DNA from: an uncultured Alphaproteobacteria bacterium
GTDB lineage: Bacteria; Pseudomonadota; Alphaproteobacteria; Micavibrionales; Micavibrionaceae
NCBI GenBank assembly: GCA_934538895.1
Contig: CAKTCH010000001.1
Coordinates: 1 to 33,010 of the forward strand
Length of the DNA stretch: 33,010 nt
Direction: 5' to 3'
In this document: positions 26,991-33,010 of the stretch, piece after piece
How positions within the stretch are numbered: the first letter of the stretch is position 1
Layout: each line of letters starts with the position of its first letter
Notes under the pieces: generated by a model
Seen by the model: the letters and a program-made list of their open reading frames with translations, nothing else
Database searches by the model: none
What the model was told of the DNA's origin: nothing
Made by a program: the position numbers and the translations under genes

Positions 26991-27596
26991 ATGATGATGG
27001 CAAGAGGTTTTGAAAGAGCAGCATCCGCGCAGGTGCGAGGCAGCACGGCTGAGAATGAGCAGCCGGCTTATCTGCGCGAATTCGCCGATATGTGCGAAAG
27101 ATTGTGGAAGAAGCTCGGGAAGCAAGAACACCGTTCTGTTGCCGTCGATGGGCGGGCTTTGGAGCAGGATTATAATCCCTACAAGGCGTTCTGGTTCCGC
27201 AAGTGCTGTGGCGATCAGGTTTATGATTGCGGCAATTGCATTCATCTCTCCGGTACCAATAAAGAACCTGTCACTGATTTGCAGATCGTACGTATGGTGG
27301 AAGCGGCGAATAACCGCAAGGACCCGCCTTGGGAAACCCTTTACATGTTCAATCATAAAGGCAAGCCCGATCTGGAGATGGCGCACCGTGTGCAGTCCGT
27401 GATCGATAAAATGCGTGAAGCCGGGCGTATACCGCCGGACTGCAGAATTTCATGCTGTACCGATCCGGCGGAGTATCCAAAAAACATCAGGAATTTCGGC
27501 GCGCTCCTTGCGGATGCATTTAAGAGCGCCGCGCAGGACGACAAGGCGCCGGCACCGACAAACTCGCGCGCGGGTTTCCATCACGCACCGGCCTGA
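26991..27596 (+). CDS. Cys-rich hypothetical protein (called orfX here)
   Basis: ORF with an AGGTG SD 5 nt before ATG 26991. Cys clusters are FRKCCGDQVYDCGNCIH and PPDCRISCC. No family recognised. Its C-terminal ~97 codons are duplicated at 27848-28130. Confidence 0.65.
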   Translation: MMMARGFERAASAQVRGSTAENEQPAYLREFADMCERLWKKLGKQEHRSVAVDGRALEQDYNPYKAFWFRKCCGDQVYDCGNCIHLSGTNKEPVTDLQIVRMVEAANNRKDPPWETLYMFNHKGKPDLEMAHRVQSVIDKMREAGRIPPDCRISCCTDPAEYPKNIRNFGALLADAFKSAAQDDKAPAPTNSRAGFHHAPA

Positions 27597-27847
27597 CCTC
27601 CCCTAATTTAATGCGCCTGTCTGAAAATATGCAGGCGGCGCAGCAGCAGTGCCAGCAATATCAAGGCACCTGCCTGATGCAGGGCGGCCAGCGGGATTGC
27701 TACCTGCGACAGGATGGTCGCGATGCCCAGACCCACCTGTGTCACCACCATAACGCTGAGCGCGTAGTCTTTCGCGCGCAAACCCAATGCCAGTATTCCC
27801 GCGCCTGCCAGCATGGCCAGAATGCGGTGCACGAACTGCACGGCGGC
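27308..27847. repeat. Tandem duplication, unit 1 (orfX 3' part + 11-bp spacer + ctaA 3' relic)
   Basis: Hand alignment shows 27308-27596 is homologous to 27848-28130, and 27628-27847 is homologous to 29003-29222. The order and orientation are those expected of a head-to-tail duplication. Confidence 0.75.
27608..27847 (-). pseudogene. Relic of the ctaA 3' end (last two TM helices); an open 83-codon ORF spans 27608-27859
   Basis: The translation ...VQFVHRILAMLAGAGILALGLRAKDYALSVMVVTQVGLGIATILSQVAIPLAALHQAGALILLALLLRRLH matches the C-terminus of the full CtaA (28980-29972) at 59 of 71 aligned residues by hand count. No N-terminal ctaA sequence is attached. Confidence 0.7.
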
Positions 27848-28130
27848 GAACAACCGCAAGGATCCGCCGTGGGAAACGCTTTATATGTTCGATCATAAAG
27901 GCAAACCCGATCTGGTGATGGCGGGCCGCGTGCAGGGTGTGATCCTGCAGATGCGCGCTTCGGGTCATATCCCGCCCGATTGCAAAATTCATTGCTGTGT
28001 CGATCGGGCGCAATATCCGTCGAATATCGAAAGCTTTCATACGTCTCTTACGGATACGCACCGCGAGGCCGCTCGAAAACCCGCCGCCACGCCGGGACAA
28101 AAGGGCTTCCGGACGGCAGCGCCGGTTTAA
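27848..28130 (+). pseudogene. Relic copy of the orfX 3' half; part of an intact 105-codon ORF (27813-28130) that may still be coding
   Basis: AANNRKDPPWETLYMFDHKGKPDL...IPPDCKIHCC... matches orfX residues from AANNRKDPPWETLYMFNHKGKPDL... at 50 of the first 71 aligned residues by hand count. The ATG at 27813 lies in sequence antisense to the ctaA relic. Confidence 0.6.
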
Positions 28131-28147
28131 TTTATTTGCAGCCTTCT

Positions 28148-28882
28148 TTAGGGGCGCGGCGGGCCTAGCTTGAAGACATAGTCGGCCCGATCTTCCGGAC
28201 GTATAGAGGGGCCTATCTCTGATGATGGCTTCACCTGATTGTATCCTTTGATGGCTTGGTGGCTGTCTATATCCATACTGGGGATTTGGAGCAGGTTATC
28301 TACACCGTTTTCGCCACCGCTATGAGCGGCACCTGCCAGAATCCAATAATGAGAATTCGGGGTATCCTGCGTGGTGTCTTTTATATATTGCGCCCAATGG
28401 GGGTTGACGTCCCCTCTGTCTGCCACAGCATTCGCAAAGTCGAAATTATCCAGCGCCATGACCTTCACCCCATTTTTTTGTGCGTGATCTACGATGTCGA
28501 GAATGCGATCGATTTGCCGTTTAAACAGTGTCTGGCTGGCGGGGTTGGCCGATAGGGTATCCCAATCAATATGGGGTGTTGCCTGTTTCAGGTTGTCCAA
28601 ATGTAACTGATAAATTGTGTTGCGGTTTCCTGTCTGTATGTAGTCATCCAGAGCATGCTGGTCTTTTGTATAAAAGTGTTCAAGAAATAAGATTTTTAGA
28701 CCATTCTTTGATGCTTCACTCAAATTATCCTTTACTAGATCGGATGCCTTAAAGGTCTCCGGCTCTTTGGCGCTATCCAGATGAACCTCCCCAATAAATA
28801 CGCCTTTGTTCTTTTGTGTAAGCGCAAGCAGGACATCCTTAGGGGTGCTGTTCGGCGATGTATCCTCAATTAACTGCTTCAT
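28148..28882 (-). CDS. AT-rich ORFan; putative ChaN/EreA/TIKI-superfamily protein (motif-level call)
   Basis: 244 aa from ATG 28882 (MKQLIEDT...). Motifs appear in the order seen in the ChaN/erythromycin-esterase/TIKI/TraB superfamily: VFIGEVHLD (GExH), ILFLEHFYTKDQHALDDYIQTG (LE.f..dqQ..Ld.Y..G) and WILAGAAHSGG (GxxH). No signal peptide. The composition is far more AT-rich than the flanks. Confidence 0.7.
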   Translation of the reverse strand: MKQLIEDTSPNSTPKDVLLALTQKNKGVFIGEVHLDSAKEPETFKASDLVKDNLSEASKNGLKILFLEHFYTKDQHALDDYIQTGNRNTIYQLHLDNLKQATPHIDWDTLSANPASQTLFKRQIDRILDIVDHAQKNGVKVMALDNFDFANAVADRGDVNPHWAQYIKDTTQDTPNSHYWILAGAAHSGGENGVDNLLQIPSMDIDSHQAIKGYNQVKPSSEIGPSIRPEDRADYVFKLGPPRP

Positions 28883-28979
28883 AAACTTTCTCTGCAAATG
28901 ATAGGGGCAGCCGTGTGACGTTTATACTATAATAGCGACTTTAATAAAGTGATAATTTTGCCAAATTTGTTAGATTGTC

Positions 28980-29972
28980 TCATAAAACTTTGTATTTAAA
29001 GCTATGCAGGCGACGCAGCAGCAGCGCCAGCAGGATCAATGCGCCTGCCTGATGCAGGGCCGCCAGCGGGATTGCCGCTTGCGAGAGAATGGTGGCGATG
29101 CCCAAGCTCACCTGTATCAGCACCATCGCGGTCAAGGCGCGATCTCTGGCGCGCAGGCCCAGAGCCAGAATCCCCAGCCCGGCTAGCACCGCCAGCGCAC
29201 GGTGGACGAATTGCGCGCCTGCCGGGGCGTGGAGGGCGTTGTACCATGCGGGGGCGTTGAAGGTCAGTTCGGGCGGTATCCAGTGTGCGTCCATCTTGGG
29301 GAAGGTGTTATAGATCATGCCGCCGTCAAGGCCGGCGGTAAACGCGCCCCAGATCATCGTTAGCGCCAGTAATACCAGCATCGCCCAGCCGTGTTTCACA
29401 AGGCCGGGAGAGGCGGGTGCCGCCGCCGCTTTCTTCATGAAATCGAGCGCATACCACCACATCAGCGCGAAGATCAGCACCGCGAGGCCCAGATGGGCGG
29501 CCAGCCGGAAATGGCTGACGGACGGGCGATCGACAAGGCCGCTTTGCACCATGTACCAGCCCATGAAACCCTGCGCGCCGCCGAGTGCCAGAAGGCCTGT
29601 AAATTTCCAGCCGTAACCTTGGGGGATTTGGCGGCGGATCGCAAACCACAGCAAGGGTAAGGCAAACACGACGCCGATCAGGCGTCCGAGCAAACGGTGC
29701 GACCATTCCCAGACATAGATTTTCTTGAAATCCTCGATATTCATCCAGAAATGCTTGCTGGCGAATTCGGGGCTGGCTTTGTAAAGGTCGAATTCCTGTT
29801 GCCAGTGTTCCGCGCTTAACGGCGGGATGGTTCCGGTGATCGGCTTCCACTGGGTGATCGAAAGGCCGGATTCGGTCAGGCGGGTGATCGCGCCGACGAC
29901 GCACATGGTCAGAACCATGAAACAGCAGAATAACAGCCAGTTTCTGATGGCGTTTGTGCTTTTATCGGTCAT
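28980..29972 (-). CDS. ctaA: Haem A synthase (CtaA / COX15)
   Basis: It has multiple TM helices and the COX15/CtaA pattern (VGAITRLTESGLSITQWKPITG..PP, WSHRLLGRLIG, AHLGLA, FVHRALA, ALHQAG). ATG 29972 (MTDKST...) is preferred over the track start at 30032. Confidence 0.9.
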   Translation of the reverse strand: MTDKSTNAIRNWLLFCCFMVLTMCVVGAITRLTESGLSITQWKPITGTIPPLSAEHWQQEFDLYKASPEFASKHFWMNIEDFKKIYVWEWSHRLLGRLIGVVFALPLLWFAIRRQIPQGYGWKFTGLLALGGAQGFMGWYMVQSGLVDRPSVSHFRLAAHLGLAVLIFALMWWYALDFMKKAAAAPASPGLVKHGWAMLVLLALTMIWGAFTAGLDGGMIYNTFPKMDAHWIPPELTFNAPAWYNALHAPAGAQFVHRALAVLAGLGILALGLRARDRALTAMVLIQVSLGIATILSQAAIPLAALHQAGALILLALLLRRLHSFKYKVL

Positions 29973-30025
29973 GTGCGGCGTCCTTTCGTTTGACAGGCCC
30001 CATGGTATAGCATTGGCCGTCCGGC

Positions 30026-30053
30026 TTGCCAAACGGTGCTGAATGCTTATATA
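30026..30053 (+). promoter_or_regulatory. Putative sigma-70-type promoter of fnr
   Basis: TTGCCA-N16-TATATA, about 35 nt upstream of the AGGA SD and ATG 30091. Confidence 0.35.
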
Positions 30054-30072
30054 TCGGTAGGCATTTTGTTAG

Positions 30073-31125
<1,053 letters not shown>

Positions 31126-31182
31126 CCGTGGCACAATGATGCCCTGTTATCTGTTCCAACCGGTTAAGGGCCCCTGTCTGGC

Positions 31183-32058
31183 ATGGCTTCGTTCGACGTT
31201 ACCGATTCTGCGATGAAGGGTTACAGCTTTGTCTGGAGCGAGCGCCGCTATTTGATGCGTCTGGCGATTTTTCCGCTATTCATCAAGTTCGTATGCAGCA
31301 TGACCGTGATCATGAACGGTTATGATTTCGATTTCATCATGCAGTCGCTTTTGATGCTGCCGTCCTTCTTCGCCGACGGCTGGGTGATGTCGCATCTGGT
31401 GCGGCTGATTTATCTGGGGCAGCGCTGGCCTTTCCGCCCCACGGGCGTAGCCGAGAACGATATCGCCATGCTGCGCGACCGCGCGGGCGGCATCATGGCG
31501 GGCACGGTATTTTTCGCGCTGATCGAATTCCTTAAGACCGGGCTGACCGGATTGCTGTTCATGGCCGCGCCGCAGGGGGCGGTGCCGGGTCAGAAGACGG
31601 TCGTTCCGGCAGGTACGGCGCCGCCGGGGCCGATGACGGGCGAGGGGACCGGCATGGCCGATATGGCGGCACAGGCGCAAACGGCGCCTTACACGGCTCT
31701 GGCCGGCGTGCTGATGATTGTCGTGACTGTCTGGATGGTGCGCTATCTCTGGCTTTATATTCCGGCGGCGGCCGGTTTTTCGGGCCGCGCCTATCTGAAA
31801 CGCCTTGGCGGGCTGATGGGGTCCGTCCGGCTGATGGGCGTGTGGCTGATCTGCACCGTACCTGTGCTGTTCGGCTTTGTGATCGTGGCGAATATGCTGC
31901 TGGTGCCGTTACTGGGCCTGGAGGCGGGCGGCATGTCGCCCCTGGCGGAGTTCGTGATGAATGTGCTGCGCATTTTCGTCATCATGCTTTCGACCCTGAT
32001 CACGACCGCGGGCATGTCGTTCGTTATCCGCAATATGTTCATGAACGCGCGGGCCTGA
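31183..32058 (+). CDS. Hypothetical polytopic membrane protein (291 aa)
   Basis: ATG start and several long hydrophobic helices separated by a Pro/Gly/Ala-rich loop. No family recognised. Confidence 0.7.
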   Translation: MASFDVTDSAMKGYSFVWSERRYLMRLAIFPLFIKFVCSMTVIMNGYDFDFIMQSLLMLPSFFADGWVMSHLVRLIYLGQRWPFRPTGVAENDIAMLRDRAGGIMAGTVFFALIEFLKTGLTGLLFMAAPQGAVPGQKTVVPAGTAPPGPMTGEGTGMADMAAQAQTAPYTALAGVLMIVVTVWMVRYLWLYIPAAAGFSGRAYLKRLGGLMGSVRLMGVWLICTVPVLFGFVIVANMLLVPLLGLEAGGMSPLAEFVMNVLRIFVIMLSTLITTAGMSFVIRNMFMNARA

Positions 32059-32097
32059 ATATCCGGGTTTACCGGCGCGGCGCGGGCAGGACATCCC

Positions 32098-32364
32098 TTA
32101 TTGTACGGTCAATTGCATCTGCGCGTATTTGAATTCGCCTGGGGTGATGATGCGCTGCGAATCGACATAGACCGAATGCAGCTTGCCCTCGACGTTCTTA
32201 TCCCAGAAATCAAGGAAGCCGTGCAGTACCGGGTAGCGCGGGGCGATATCCATTTCATTCCAGATAAAGCTTTGCAGGAATTGCGGGCGGTCGGGCATGT
32301 GATAAATGATTTCTGCCATGATCAGGCGGTAATCCTTGATGAAATGCTCTTTCAGCTCACTCAT
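32098..32364 (-). CDS. usg: Usg-family protein
   Basis: 88 aa. The stretch AEIIYHMPDRPQFLQSFIWNEMDIAPRYPVLHGFLDFWDKNVEGKLHSV matches my memory of the alphaproteobacterial Usg family signature (Y.MPD.P.LLQ...WQ..D..P.FP.L..FL.FW......LHSV). Confidence 0.65.
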   Translation of the reverse strand: MSELKEHFIKDYRLIMAEIIYHMPDRPQFLQSFIWNEMDIAPRYPVLHGFLDFWDKNVEGKLHSVYVDSQRIITPGEFKYAQMQLTVQ

Positions 32365-32523
32365 ATCCCTGATACTCCCGTAGTTTCTGTCGGGTTGCCT
32401 GACGCTACGGAAATTTCTTTTCCGTATGCTTTATTCTCCCATACTCGTCTTTAAAGTTTATTAACGTCTGCGCATGTTTTTGGCGTTGGTGCAGGGGATT
32501 GGCGGCGGAATACCGCGCAGCGT

Positions 32524-33010
32524 CTAAGCCGGGGCGCAGCCGACGCGGGACAGGGTGAAATCCGGTGTGGTTCCCTCTTTTTCGTAGACGGCTTCGAACG
32601 TCGTTCCGGCGTTAATAACGGCGGCGGCGGTGAGGCCGGTTTCCGTGACGAGAACAGATTTTATGCCCGCCCGGGCGGCGCCCGCGATATCGGTGCGCAA
32701 CGTATCGCCCACCATGCAGGCATCGGCGCGGTCCAACAGGCGAATTTTAGCGATCCATTCGTCAAAAATTCCGGGGAAGGGTTTCCCGCCGCCCCATTCG
32801 ACCTTGCCGCCCATCTCTTCGTAAGTCGCGGCGATCATGCCCTGGCAGACCTGATAAACGGAACCTGACGGCGCATAATAATCCGGGTTCGGGCAGAAAA
32901 GGGGCAGATCTTTCTCCAGAAAAGATTCCAGGGCCGGACGGAACCGGTCCACGCTTAACTGGCGCACGCCATCGATTTCAGGCACACCGATATAAACGAA
33001 ACCGGCACCG
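32524..33010 (-). CDS. HAD-superfamily hydrolase (subfamily IIA-like), partial; N-terminus beyond the window end
   Basis: The C-terminal part carries the HAD motif IV context MVGDTLRTDIAGAARAGIKSVLVTETG. The frame stays open to the window edge. Confidence 0.8.
   Translation of the reverse strand, partial: GAGFVYIGVPEIDGVRQLSVDRFRPALESFLEKDLPLFCPNPDYYAPSGSVYQVCQGMIAATYEEMGGKVEWGGGKPFPGIFDEWIAKIRLLDRADACMVGDTLRTDIAGAARAGIKSVLVTETGLTAAAVINAGTTFEAVYEKEGTTPDFTLSRVGCAPA

Larger units (their letters stand above)
27848..29222. repeat. Tandem duplication, unit 2 (orfX relic + AT-rich cassette + 3' part of the functional ctaA)
   Basis: Same homology as unit 1, but the 11-bp spacer position is occupied by about 0.85 kb of AT-rich DNA (about 28131-29002) carrying one gene. 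Confidence 0.7.

Noticed and set aside
26958-27402. Overlapping ORFs on both strands across orfX (26958-27386 minus, 27010-27402 plus). Similar short ORFs overlap ctaA (29002-29660).
   Set aside because: They are alternative frames of better-supported genes. The orfX frame is validated by its conserved duplicate, and the ctaA frame by family motifs.
32385-32417. Extended hairpin (CCGTAG-n5-GTCGGG-ttg-CCTGAC-g-CTACGG) between usg and the HAD gene, considered as a terminator
   Set aside because: No U-tract follows it on the minus strand, where both neighbouring genes lie. The + strand has only a weak, interrupted T-run and no upstream gene to terminate. It is possibly a usg leader structure, but the evidence is insufficient.

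Overview
This window looks like chromosomal core from a GC-rich alphaproteobacterium. Supporting signs are RNase E with a large charged insertion in its S1 domain, a Usg-family protein, a DUF1674/SDHAF4-like mini-protein, a TrxR-type ferredoxin-NADP reductase, CtaA, and the yfgM-like/bamB/der and radA/cvpA/purF neighbourhoods. About 35 protein genes are supported, most of them housekeeping: chorismate mutase, rsmB, rpe, radA, cvpA, purF, der, bamB, icd, an L,D-transpeptidase, amiC, rne, a GT4 glycosyltransferase, ctaA and fnr. I found no rRNA, tRNA, CRISPR array, transposase, integrase or recognisable defence, secretion or phage module. I therefore cannot honestly name a multi-gene novel system. 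What stands out is a set of short, visibly AT-rich single-ORFan insertions in the GC-rich backbone (1-266, 4741-5256, 28148-28882) and a roughly 1-kb gene-poor gap at 15.5-16.6 kb. The most unusual locus is 26.8-29.3 kb. It holds a diverged ~0.54-kb tandem duplication across the convergent 3' ends of a Cys-rich ORFan (orfX) and the haem A synthase gene ctaA. The duplication left two still-open relic ORFs. The second copy is split by an AT-rich cassette carrying a ChaN/EreA/TIKI-like gene, and that cassette appears to have rewritten the ctaA C-terminal tail. Secondary leads are an alphaproteobacterial SOS-box-like direct repeat upstream of radA, an 11-bp direct repeat bracketing one AT-rich ORFan, and a strong orphan terminator that may mark an sRNA or leader downstream of rne. 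All functional calls come from reading motifs in the translations. No database search was run.
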